Assembly (NCBI GenBank): GCA_964343095.1
Contig: CAYFHW010000001.1
Coordinates: forward strand, 1-36,538
Source of the DNA: an uncultured Anaerolineaceae bacterium
Lineage (GTDB): Bacteria > Chloroflexota > Dehalococcoidia > Tepidiformales > Tepidiformaceae
Length of the DNA: 36,538 bases
Direction of reading: 5' to 3'
Positions 10,356-18,437 of this stretch are shown in pieces. The translations under genes were made by a program, and so were the position numbers. How positions within the stretch are numbered: the first letter of the stretch is position 1; each line of letters starts with the position of its first letter. Under the pieces are notes generated by a model. The model did not search any database and was not told the origin of the DNA. It saw only the letters and a list, made by a program, of their open reading frames with translations.

Positions 10356-11116
10356 CAGGCTCTTGCACTACTCCTATGGCGTTTTTGTTTCTGAGCACTA
10401 TTATCCACAGACTTCTTATTCGGATTATTACAATCTGCGTTGCCAGACTCTTGGAAACTTTGACAAGCTTTCTCTGCAGCACGCATTTGCGCCTCACGTT
10501 TGTTGCCACCATAAGCACGAGCTAACAAATTATTGTCCGCATAAACTTCGATGCAGAATCTCTTCTCAGGAGAATCTACTTGTTCCGAAACAGTGACGTA
10601 TTCTGGCGGGCTATGCCAACGAGCTTGGCACAATTGCTGTAAAGCTGACTTCGGATCGACACCTGGCCCATTCTTCACAACCTGCTGGATCTCCAATTTT
10701 AAAGTTCTTCGAATAAAAACCTCTGTAGAACGAAGCCCCTTGCCAATGTAAACAGCACCGACTACAGCTTCAAAAACTCCTGCAAGATTTCGAGTACGCG
10801 AACGGCCTCCCGCTGCTTCTTCCCCACGACCTAAAACAAGTCTACCTCCTAGCTCGAGTCGCTCCGCAACTGAAGCAAGGGCATCCCCGCGTACAATCTC
10901 CGCACGCATTTGCGTCAAATCACCCTCAGCAGCATTTGGACAAGCAACAAATAGCTCGCGTGCTATAACTGCACCCAATAAAGCATCACCTAGGAACTCA
11001 AGTCTTTCATTATTAGGTCCACCATCTCTGTCTTCGTTCGTATACGAAGCATGGGTAAGCGCCTCCCTCCGAAGATCATCGGAAAGGCTATCAAAAACCT
11101 GGAGCCCAGTATTCAC
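10355..11116 (-). CDS. rnc: Ribonuclease III
   Basis: It has the RNase III signature ERLEFLGDALLG and a C-terminal dsRBD (PKSALQQLCQ...GNKREAQMRAAEKA) followed by a basic tail. The ORF track extends to 11248. I place the start at the in-frame GTG at 11116, which lies 13 nt downstream of the AAGGAG Shine-Dalgarno motif and gives a normal N-terminal length. The TGA stop overlaps the smc ATG (TGATG). Confidence 0.85.
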   Translation of the reverse strand: MNTGLQVFDSLSDDLRREALTHASYTNEDRDGGPNNERLEFLGDALLGAVIARELFVACPNAAEGDLTQMRAEIVRGDALASVAERLELGGRLVLGRGEEAAGGRSRTRNLAGVFEAVVGAVYIGKGLRSTEVFIRRTLKLEIQQVVKNGPGVDPKSALQQLCQARWHSPPEYVTVSEQVDSPEKRFCIEVYADNNLLARAYGGNKREAQMRAAEKACQSFQESGNADCNNPNKKSVDNSAQKQKRHRSSARA

Positions 11117-11180
11117 TAAAACGTGACGTCTCCTTAATAAAACAATTCTACAAAATTGTAAGAAATGTTTAGATGCCTTA

Positions 11181-11432
11181 GTGAATGCTATTACTGATTT
11201 CCTGAAAGTCAAGAGATCAGTTAGTCTGCAGAAAGTGAGCGCAAACATTTGTGTAGTATGTAATGAAGAAGTTCCCGCCCTTATGCAGTCCGTTTGCGGA
11301 ACATGCGGTAGATTATTTCACCTCAATCAACGCAAAGATATGAATGTAAAAGAATGTGGGGAAGTCTGGCTAGATGAAGAACGGATGGGCTTAATGTTTA
11401 GGTGTGAAAATTGTATAAAAAGCGAAGCATAA
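11181..11432 (+). CDS. Small Cys-rich zinc-finger protein (CxxC-x11-CxxC-x4-H-x11-C-x15-CxxC)
   Basis: 83-aa ORF from GTG 11181; an alternative in-frame GTG lies at 11235. Seven Cys and one His sit in a regular metal-binding spacing. It is divergent from rnc and is followed 12 nt later by the next gene. The exact start is uncertain. Confidence 0.5.
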   Translation: MNAITDFLKVKRSVSLQKVSANICVVCNEEVPALMQSVCGTCGRLFHLNQRKDMNVKECGEVWLDEERMGLMFRCENCIKSEA

Positions 11433-11444
11433 AGGAGGACATCA

Positions 11445-11753
11445 ATGAGCCCATCAGCCAGTAAACGTAAGCGACGTGCAAGAGCAAAACAGATTGACAA
11501 ATATCAAAATGAACCAACTGTTTCACCAATAAGCACTCCAACCTTACCAATCTGGAATTGGCGTACATTTCCGGTAATTGCGGCTTTCGGTTTCGGTGGA
11601 TTCATAGGCATGATCTTGGGGGCAGAAACCGGAATCATCGCAACAATTGGCTTATTCGGATTTGTAGGTATCCTTGGATTTTCACTATCACGTCTTGCAA
11701 TAAGATTTTTAATGGCAAAGGGTCTAATAAAACCGCAACCACAAAAAAAATAA
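11445..11753 (+). CDS. Small membrane protein with a basic N-terminal tail and two Gly-rich TM helices
   Basis: 102-aa ORF with an ATG preceded by AAAGGAGGA 4 nt upstream. It has a KRKRRARAK tail followed by FPVIAAFGFGGFIGMILG and IIATIGLFGFVGILGF. Confidence 0.6.
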   Translation: MSPSASKRKRRARAKQIDKYQNEPTVSPISTPTLPIWNWRTFPVIAAFGFGGFIGMILGAETGIIATIGLFGFVGILGFSLSRLAIRFLMAKGLIKPQPQKK

Positions 11754-11762
11754 GGAATATAT

Positions 11763-12752
11763 ATGTTTGAAGGAGTGGTGCTTCATGAAGGTGGAGTACA
11801 TGAACATACAGAACAAGCTGTAGTTGCAGAACAACATGGCTTTGATTCGGTATGGGTAACCGAGGTGCATGGGCCAGATGTTGTCACAGTTTTAACTGCA
11901 ACCAGTGCCAAAACAAAAAGAGTTACTCTAGGTACAGGCATTGCACCGATCTATATACGTGATCCATACCTCACAGCCACAACCTTTGGGGCTTTGCATG
12001 AATTTTCAGGCGGAAGAATGATCGCAGGATTCGGTGTAAGCACACCTGCAATTGTAACAAACTGGCATGGACAAAATTGGTCCAAACCACTAGCGAGTAT
12101 GCGGGAATATGTAGAACTTTTCCGTAAATTAACTGCTGGGGAACGTTTAAAACATAACGGCCTATTCCAAACAGTTGGGGGGCCAGCACGTCCAATAAGT
12201 GAACCAGCAATTCCAGTTTTTATAGGTGCCTTAGGAAATCAAATGCTTGAACTTGCAGGTGAAATTGCTGACGGTATCATTTTGAATTTTCCAACTGTCT
12301 CTGCTTCAAAAAAAGCGATTCAAGCAATAGAGAAGGGACTGCACAAAGTAAAGCGTGAGCGAAAAGAAATAAGAATTACCGCCTTCTTGCGCACTGTTAT
12401 ACACAATGATTACGAAATTGCAGCAGCGCCTTTAAAACAAGAATTACTCAATTACTTTATGGCACCAGTGTACGAGCAATTGTTTCGTGAAGATGGATAT
12501 GAGGAAGACTGTGATCTGTTTCTCCAGCGCTGGAACGCAAGGGAAAGAGAACAAGCTATCAATGGCATCTCAGAACGAATGATTCGTGATCACGCAATAG
12601 TCGGCCAAACACCAGAAGAATGTAGAGACATCGCAGCTGCATTTAAGGATGCAGGTGTGGATGAATTGATCTTATACCCGATTGCCCCAAGCGATGCTCC
12701 TAATGAGCAACAAGCGATTTTACAAACAACTAGGTTCCTTTCAAACCAGTGA
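11763..12752 (+). CDS. Luciferase-like monooxygenase (LLM) class, probably F420-dependent oxidoreductase
   Basis: 329 aa with LLM-family features throughout, including an N-terminus EQHGFDSVWVTEVHG and GIILNFP. Confidence 0.8.
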   Translation: MFEGVVLHEGGVHEHTEQAVVAEQHGFDSVWVTEVHGPDVVTVLTATSAKTKRVTLGTGIAPIYIRDPYLTATTFGALHEFSGGRMIAGFGVSTPAIVTNWHGQNWSKPLASMREYVELFRKLTAGERLKHNGLFQTVGGPARPISEPAIPVFIGALGNQMLELAGEIADGIILNFPTVSASKKAIQAIEKGLHKVKRERKEIRITAFLRTVIHNDYEIAAAPLKQELLNYFMAPVYEQLFREDGYEEDCDLFLQRWNAREREQAINGISERMIRDHAIVGQTPEECRDIAAAFKDAGVDELILYPIAPSDAPNEQQAILQTTRFLSNQ

Positions 12753-13389
12753 GGCTCTCTCCTGTGCAAACTTCCCAGGCAATAGCTAAGAAAATGTGAG
12801 CCCACATCGAACCAGGGCAGTAAGTAATCACACGATAACCTTCGAAATCCCCGAAGTATCGTCTAAACACATCCTGATCATCCCGAGCTCTATGTAACTC
12901 CAAGACATCCATAAATGCCTGCTTTTCAGCTTTCCTCGGACCATCTGAAGAACAAGCTAATGGCGCAGACCAAAGCACAGTGTCCAAAATGACAAGAACT
13001 GAATCCAATCCGGCACGCACTAAATCTGCATCTTCAGGGGAAATAGTTAAGCTTTTGACTGAATTAACTACAATCCCCTCAACGGCATCCCGCCAAATTA
13101 AAGTTTTTCGATCAAGGGAACGTTCTTCAGATAATTTTTTATAAGCCGTCCGTACATTATCTACGTCTAAAATTTCTGGCAAGCAATCAATAACTGTATC
13201 GATACGGCCAACAAATTTAGGTTCGAACCTTGAGATAAGAATCGTATCAACAGGGCAAGATAGCGCTTTCCCCTTATCTTGCTTGATACCTACCACACGT
13301 CTTTCAAGAGGTGGCCCAGACACTTTTTCATCGAACCAACTATTTAAACGCTTTGTTAATGAGTCCAAAGAAGAAAAATTTTCAGGCAA
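12730..13389 (-). CDS. Hypothetical protein (no family recognised)
   Basis: 219-aa ORF with protein-like composition. It has only a TTG start at 13389, which overlaps the pncA stop by 8 nt, and there is no internal ATG until late in the ORF. Its 3' end overlaps the convergent LLM gene by 23 nt. Confidence 0.45.
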   Translation of the reverse strand: MPENFSSLDSLTKRLNSWFDEKVSGPPLERRVVGIKQDKGKALSCPVDTILISRFEPKFVGRIDTVIDCLPEILDVDNVRTAYKKLSEERSLDRKTLIWRDAVEGIVVNSVKSLTISPEDADLVRAGLDSVLVILDTVLWSAPLACSSDGPRKAEKQAFMDVLELHRARDDQDVFRRYFGDFEGYRVITYCPGSMWAHIFLAIAWEVCTGESLTGLKGT

Positions 13390-13960
13390 GTTCTACCCCA
13401 TTTTCCTCTAAATCCTTAAGAATCTGTACTTGTACGTCTCTATTGGTAGAACATACACAGCTTGAAACGACAGCAACTTCAAATCCTTTTGATAAAGCCT
13501 CTATAGCCGAATCACGTATACAAAAATCTGTACTTAAACCCACAAAAACAATTTTTTGGATATTTCGGTCACGTAGTAGCGTCTCCATCAACGTTGGTTT
13601 AACAACTCCTGATTCAAGGTCTCGAACGGAAAAACAGGAAAAGGCATCTTCACCATCGATACCTTTTCTCAATACATCGCCAGATATTTCTAAATCCGGA
13701 TGTATTTGTGCTCCCCAAGAATTACGCACACAATGCTCACCAGCACGACCATTATGTGATGCAAAATGCTTCGTCGTTGGTGGATGCCAATCCTGGGTAT
13801 AAATCACTTCACCACCACTTACATGACAAAGATTTATTTCAGCATTGATGTGCGAGATAATTTCTGAAGCCCCCGGAATATAATGTGCCCCTTGTGGGTC
13901 AGAAAAATCATTCTGGAAATCTATTACCAAAAGAGCGACGTACTTATTGTATTGAATCAT
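13382..13960 (-). CDS. pncA: Nicotinamidase / pyrazinamidase (isochorismatase family)
   Basis: The catalytic and metal motifs are present: LLVIDFQNDF (Asp), QDWHPPTTKHF (metal site) and VGLSTDFCI (catalytic Cys). Confidence 0.85.
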   Translation of the reverse strand: MIQYNKYVALLVIDFQNDFSDPQGAHYIPGASEIISHINAEINLCHVSGGEVIYTQDWHPPTTKHFASHNGRAGEHCVRNSWGAQIHPDLEISGDVLRKGIDGEDAFSCFSVRDLESGVVKPTLMETLLRDRNIQKIVFVGLSTDFCIRDSAIEALSKGFEVAVVSSCVCSTNRDVQVQILKDLEENGVELA

Positions 13961-14108
13961 AAAACGATTTCTTTGTTACAAATTAAAATCTCAATTAAGA
14001 AACTTGGTACTTGGACAAGTGACTCATTGAAAGATTAGTCAGTGCCACAAACCAAGATAGATAACAGAGTGTATCGTTATAAGGGAATAATTAAAACTTG
14101 GCGATAAA

Positions 14109-15329
14109 ATGAGCATTGAATCCGAAGAACATCCACCTCAAGGACCATTATCGGGACTTCGTGTATTGGACTTTACTTGGGCCTTAGCCGGACCATTCGG
14201 GACTATGCAACTTGCTGATCTTGGTGCAGAAGTTGTAAAAGTCGAACATCCCAGAGTAACTGAAAAACAGCGTGGATTTGGCCCTTATTATGAAGAAATA
14301 TCCACTTTTTTATTTAGTGTCAATCGCGGTAAGAAAGGAATTTGTATAGATTTAAAAGATCCTGAAGGACAAAAACTGGCCAAAAAGCTGGCTGAACAAG
14401 CCGATGTTCTAGTAGAAAATTTTAGACCTGGAACAATGGCAAAACTTGGACTTGATTACGATGCCCTTCATTTGGAGTACCCACAATTAATTTACGCTGC
14501 TCTAAGTGGTTTTGGGCAAACTGGACCTTATAAAAATCTTTCTGCGGTTGATGCTGTTGCCCAAGCAATGGGAGGAACAATGTCACTAAATGGGGAACTT
14601 GATGCACCACCTATGCGTGTAGGTGTCAGTATAGGTGACATGGTAGGAGGACTTTATTTAGCAATGGGAATTCTTGCTGCTGTACATGCACGAAAAACTA
14701 CTGGGAAAGGACAACTTCTAGACGTAGCCTTAATGGAAGCCCAAGTTGCCCTTTGTGAAAATGCCATTGTTCGTCATTCCGCATTTGGTGAATCACCCAC
14801 GCGTCAGGGCAGTCGACATGCTTTACTTGCACCCTTTGGCCCTTTTGCAACGGCAGATGGTTATTTAGTTGTGGCAAATGTGAAAGACTGGGAAATGTTT
14901 TGCGCATTACTTGAACGCGATGACTTGGGTCAAGATGTTCGATTTATCACCAATCAAGACCGTTTAGATAACATCGAAGCACTTGAGCATGAATTAACAA
15001 GAACTCTCCAAGAAAAAAATTCTGATGCGTGGTTTGAAATTTTCGGAATATCAGACTGCTGCTCAGTAGGGAAAGTAAACAGTATTTCAGACCTTTTCAC
15101 AGACGAACATATCAAAGCTCGTGATGCATTGATCGACATACCATTACCCTATGGAAAGCCCGGAACTTTAAAACTACCTAATACTCCGATAAAACTATCC
15201 TCAACCCCTGCAACGATTAAGAAACCTATGCCTGAACATGGTGGTGATACGAACACAATTTTGGAAACTTGGCTGGGCCTATCAACTGAAGAAATAGCTT
15301 CACTTAAAGAAAAAGGCGCGATCAAATGA
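14109..15329 (+). CDS. Family III CoA-transferase (CaiB/BaiF type)
   Basis: It has the N-terminal LSGLRVLDFTWALAGPFGTMQLADLGAEVVKVE, plus VENFRPG and the active-site region AVDAVAQAMGG. Confidence 0.9.
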   Translation: MSIESEEHPPQGPLSGLRVLDFTWALAGPFGTMQLADLGAEVVKVEHPRVTEKQRGFGPYYEEISTFLFSVNRGKKGICIDLKDPEGQKLAKKLAEQADVLVENFRPGTMAKLGLDYDALHLEYPQLIYAALSGFGQTGPYKNLSAVDAVAQAMGGTMSLNGELDAPPMRVGVSIGDMVGGLYLAMGILAAVHARKTTGKGQLLDVALMEAQVALCENAIVRHSAFGESPTRQGSRHALLAPFGPFATADGYLVVANVKDWEMFCALLERDDLGQDVRFITNQDRLDNIEALEHELTRTLQEKNSDAWFEIFGISDCCSVGKVNSISDLFTDEHIKARDALIDIPLPYGKPGTLKLPNTPIKLSSTPATIKKPMPEHGGDTNTILETWLGLSTEEIASLKEKGAIK

Positions 15330-16060
15330 GTAAGGCTATGCATATAAATATGACTGAGCAAAACGTAGCAGGTTTACGTCGAGTACGCTTTCAGATCAAG
15401 GTGGATAAGGAAATTGTTCCCGGACTTTTACAAATCCCCGATAAGGAGGGCCCTTTCCCGCTTGTGTTTGTTCAGCACCCAGGTCTAGCTAGCAAAGATG
15501 AAATGTATATTTCTGGAACTGCTAAAAAGTGGGCTGAACAGTATGGATGGGCATGCGCAGCATTAGATGCACCTGGACATGGTGAGCGTGCGTTAGAAAA
15601 TGCTCTAGATGTTTTGCGAGATACAGAAAAAGCATCACTAATGAGCAAACAATTCGCAAAAGAAATAACTGCAACAATAGATACTTTAGCGAACAGCTTT
15701 CCAATCAATATGAACGCCATAGGATACTGGGGTTTTTCATTGGGAGCACTGCTAGGCGTACAAGCTTGTGCTCTAGACAAAAGATTCAGAGCAAGTGTTT
15801 TAGCAGCAGCAGGAACAAGTCCTCTTACAGGACAATTAACAGATACTGTTTTGAAGGGTTTAAAGGAAACCGCAATACTTATGCTTGCCAAAACCGAAGA
15901 TGAAGTCATCCCAAGGGATTCGACAGAATCCCTTTTTGCAGACATTAAGTGCCGTCGAAAAGAACTACGCTGGCTACAGGGTGGACACTTTATGATAGGT
16001 GGTGATGTTATCACTGCAGGAGAGACGTGGTTGAATGAGGAATTAGCCCTACAGGATTGA
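15326..16060 (+). CDS. Alpha/beta hydrolase (dienelactone-hydrolase-like)
   Basis: It has the nucleophile elbow GFSLGA, later acidic (EDEVIP) and His (GGHF) candidates, and an ATGA overlap with the CoA-transferase gene. Confidence 0.7.
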   Translation: MSKAMHINMTEQNVAGLRRVRFQIKVDKEIVPGLLQIPDKEGPFPLVFVQHPGLASKDEMYISGTAKKWAEQYGWACAALDAPGHGERALENALDVLRDTEKASLMSKQFAKEITATIDTLANSFPINMNAIGYWGFSLGALLGVQACALDKRFRASVLAAAGTSPLTGQLTDTVLKGLKETAILMLAKTEDEVIPRDSTESLFADIKCRRKELRWLQGGHFMIGGDVITAGETWLNEELALQD

Positions 16061-16113
16061 ATCCAACCGATTAAATGTAAAAAACATCCAAAACATTTAC
16101 AGTTGTATCAGAA

Positions 16114-16638
16114 ATGAAGAAAAATTTTTCAATGTGGTTAATGCTTAGCGTTACTGCAGCCATTATTGTGGTTGCAGTCGTTTTCACAAACACTACTGAC
16201 GAACCTGGCACCGTATCAGAAAACAACTCTGAAACTGCATCTGCAACTGAAAATGATATACACCTACATGTCCCACTTTCTCAGTGCACAATACTTCCTG
16301 AAGGAAGTGAACGTAACTACTTCGGTGAGGCTTCCGGGACAGTAGTTAACAAGACAGAACGAGTACTTCGTATGGATGAATGGGTAAAAGTATTTGTCAC
16401 TTGGCATGATGAATCAGGCACAGCTCTATATGAAAGCTATAGCTTTATTGATGTACACAGCCTCGAACCAGGGGCAACTTCTTCTTGGAAAATCGATGAC
16501 TCATCATTTTGGAATTCTCACCTAGCTAGCAAAGATGAAAAAACTGATGTAGAGCCATCTAGCTGTTCAATTTATTTCGAAGTTTATGACGTTGTAGTCG
16601 TACCGACATTGGGCTCCGAAACAAAGTTCATAAAATAG
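16114..16638 (+). CDS. Membrane-anchored or secreted hypothetical protein
   Basis: 174 aa with an N-terminal TM/signal anchor (WLMLSVTAAIIVVAVVF), then a Ser/Thr/Glu-rich linker and a beta-rich domain. No family is recognised with confidence. Confidence 0.55.
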   Translation: MKKNFSMWLMLSVTAAIIVVAVVFTNTTDEPGTVSENNSETASATENDIHLHVPLSQCTILPEGSERNYFGEASGTVVNKTERVLRMDEWVKVFVTWHDESGTALYESYSFIDVHSLEPGATSSWKIDDSSFWNSHLASKDEKTDVEPSSCSIYFEVYDVVVVPTLGSETKFIK

Positions 16639-16661
16639 CATCGGCAAGAATGCCTAAAGTG

Positions 16662-17141
16662 CTACCCCTTCAAAGCAGGGTTCTTCGTATTATCCCAAGT
16701 AACTATCTGTTCCGGAGTAAATACTACCCATCGTCTAGTACGACCTGATGCCGTCCCGGAGTTACGTGGGACCTCATTTGAATCACTAGCAGATGAATAT
16801 TTCTGACCCATCTGCAAACGTGCTTCTTCAAGATCGGGATCTGCATCTTCTGCATCCGCATCCTCCAAAACAATTGCTGTTCCCTGTAGCATCGCACCTT
16901 GCAACTCATAAAACAGCTCATTACGATCTACAATCACGGTCGCGACTTGGTTTCGACGTAGGTTTCGTACCTTTTGACCTCTACACATCGTGTAAACTTT
17001 CCCACCGGCCCAACCATACCAAAGTGGTGTCAGATTAATTCGTCCGCTAGGACTAAAAGTGGCTATGCGCATATTTGCACAACTTTTCATGAAATCATCA
17101 AGCTCATCAGCAGACATTGCTAAATCTTTAGATAACGGCAT
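16662..17141 (-). CDS. Pyridoxamine 5'-phosphate oxidase (PPOX) family, possibly F420-dependent
   Basis: 159 aa with a split-barrel PPOX-like pattern (MRIATFSPSGRINLTPLWYGW...VYTMCRGQKVRNLRRN...ATVIVD). Confidence 0.7.
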   Translation of the reverse strand: MPLSKDLAMSADELDDFMKSCANMRIATFSPSGRINLTPLWYGWAGGKVYTMCRGQKVRNLRRNQVATVIVDRNELFYELQGAMLQGTAIVLEDADAEDADPDLEEARLQMGQKYSSASDSNEVPRNSGTASGRTRRWVVFTPEQIVTWDNTKNPALKG

Positions 17142-17162
17142 TTAACTCCCCTGTTAAAAAAA

Positions 17163-17236
17163 TGGAGCGGGCGAAGGGAATCGAACCCTCGTCTCAACCT
17201 TGGGAAGGTCGCGTTCTGCCATTGAACCACGCCCGC
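17163..17236 (-). tRNA. tRNA-Gly (anticodon CCC), CCA encoded
   Basis: Hand-folded cloverleaf: acceptor GCGGGCG/CGCCCGC, D arm GTTC-AATGGCA-GAAC, anticodon arm CGACC-TTCCCAA-GGTTG, 4-nt variable loop, T arm GAGGG-TTCGATT-CCCTT, then TCCA. It is near-identical in layout to E. coli glyU. Confidence 0.9.
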
Positions 17237-17470
17237 AGACTAATGATCGTAACACCTCGCGATTAATAATTAATTAAGAGTTAGTTTAGGTTCCTTGTAA
17301 GTTACACGTAAAATGCAGGATTTGAGTCCAAAATCAACAGATTTGGTGCGAATTTGGTAGATAAAAAAGGGCGGTAACTGTGACCGTTAGCAACTTGCAA
17401 CCGCAGAAGCCGGGATCGCAGCAAGCATGTTCTGACGCATACCCCCACCCCATCTGTAAACTATGTTCTA

Positions 17471-17839
17471 ATGTCTCTTACTTCAACACTTTCCAAAAAG
17501 TTACTGTACATACAGCGCGTTCTCTACATATACGTTTACCGACGGTGGAACCAATACCTCGAATTGATAAAAGCCCGTCAATATACAAACGTCGAAGAAA
17601 AAGACTATTTAGACGAAGCAATTGCAGATCTAAGTAACGTTGGCTGGGTGCTAGCAGTCCGGAGTGCAAACAGTGCCCATCTCACCCACTTCAACCCAAG
17701 CAACACAGGGAATGATGAGCTAAACCTTTTGGTTGAAGTTATAGATAATGAGCTGGCCCTTAGTGGAACTGGGGCAAAAGAAGCAGAGGAAGCGCTACGA
17801 AGGTTGCGGTGGGAGAAAAGTTTAACTACCGGCAAGTAA
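17471..17839 (+). CDS. Hypothetical protein (orphan; the coding status of the N-terminal third is doubtful)
   Basis: 122-aa ORF with no Shine-Dalgarno motif before the ATG. The C-terminal two thirds look helical and acidic like a real protein. The stop lies 4 nt before the next gene's ATG. Confidence 0.35.
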   Translation: MSLTSTLSKKLLYIQRVLYIYVYRRWNQYLELIKARQYTNVEEKDYLDEAIADLSNVGWVLAVRSANSAHLTHFNPSNTGNDELNLLVEVIDNELALSGTGAKEAEEALRRLRWEKSLTTGK

Positions 17840-17843
17840 GAAG

Positions 17844-18365
17844 ATGAGAATTAATGTTTTAGGAACATCTGGAAGCGGAAAGTCTACTTTCAGCAAGAAT
17901 TTAGCTGAGCAATTGAATATTCCCTATGTTCAGCTAGATGAATTATTCTGGAAACCTAACTGGACAGAATCTAGCGACGAAGAATTTTTCCCCAAGATAG
18001 AGGATGCATTGTCTCCTGATGAATGGGTGCTAGATGGGAACTATATAAGAAGTACCCCTGTTAAATGAAAGCGGGTGCAAATGGTGGTGTATCTCGACCT
18101 ACCCTTCCACACCGTTCTTTTTAGAGTACTAAAAAGAAGTCTAATCAGAAGTTTCAAGAATGAAGAGTTATGGGCAGGAAACAGAGAGACGTTCTGGAAA
18201 ACATTTTTTACCCGTGACTCCATAATTTTATGGACACTCAAAATGTTTCATGAGAATAGAAAAGATTATCCAAATCTATTTGAAAAACCCGAGTATTCCC
18301 ACATCAAGTTCATCAGATTGCGTTCCACTAAAGAAGTGGATGATTTTTTACATGCGGAGAGATAA
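17844..18365 (+). pseudogene. P-loop NMP-kinase-like (adenylate kinase / topology-modulation FlaR-like) gene interrupted by one in-frame TGA
   Basis: Track ORFs 17844-18068 and 18075-18365 are in the same frame and are separated only by TGA at 18066-18068. The joined product reads MRINVLGTSGSGKST (Walker A)...WVLDGNYIRSTPVK*KRVQMVVYLDLP...EELWAGNRETFW, which is a single continuous family-like protein. Confidence 0.7.
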
Positions 18366-18437
18366 ATTGCTAAATCGATTAATAATTGTAGTCGTGCTAA
18401 CCATCTTAGTACTTGTAGTTGCGAACAGGCTAATCAC

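Noticed and set aside
556-10596. There are many 60-140-aa ORFs nested antisense or out of frame inside the large minus-strand genes, for example 556-810, 650-958, 1638-1931, 2469-2786, 4270-4608, 6868-7293, 7771-8136, 8923-9279 and 10162-10596.
   Set aside because: They lie wholly inside strongly supported genes (membrane trio, ftsY, smc). Their composition is low-complexity or biased (Ser/Thr/Lys/Arg-rich), as expected for shadow frames of AT-rich coding DNA. None has a recognisable motif or an SD motif.
10355-11248. The ORF track gives a long 297-aa version of rnc that starts at 11248.
   Set aside because: The extra 44 residues have no RNase III counterpart and would overlap the divergent zinc-finger ORF. 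An in-frame GTG at 11116 with an upstream AAGGAG gives a normal-length protein.
16639-16661. This could be a bidirectional terminator hairpin between the convergent genes at 16114-16638 and 16662-17141 (GGCA-AGAA-TGCC).
   Set aside because: The stem is only 4 bp and has no flanking T/A runs, so it is too weak to call.
17395-17455. There is a resemblance to the 3' half of bacterial 4.5S/SRP RNA (the strings GCCGGGAT, AGCAGCAAG and CCCCCACCC).
   Set aside because: I could not build the conserved helix-8 structure. The GGGA tetraloop would be closed by a C-U mismatch, and no 5' strand is available to pair with CCCCCACCCC on either strand. The similarity is probably coincidental, and an Infernal scan would settle it.
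18066-18120. The in-frame TGA in the kinase-like gene might encode selenocysteine or reflect an alternative genetic code (TGA = Trp or Gly).
   Set aside because: I could only fold a weak 5-bp GGTGT/ACACC pairing with an 18-nt loop downstream, which is not SECIS-like. This protein family is not known to use Sec. TGA clearly terminates several well-supported genes here, and an RF2 gene with a UGA frameshift site is present.
17141-18437. This could be a tRNA-associated genomic island or prophage remnant next to tRNA-Gly.
   Set aside because: No integrase or recombinase is present, and I saw no repeat of the tRNA 3' end. The odd region lies on the 5' side of the tRNA rather than the usual 3' integration side.
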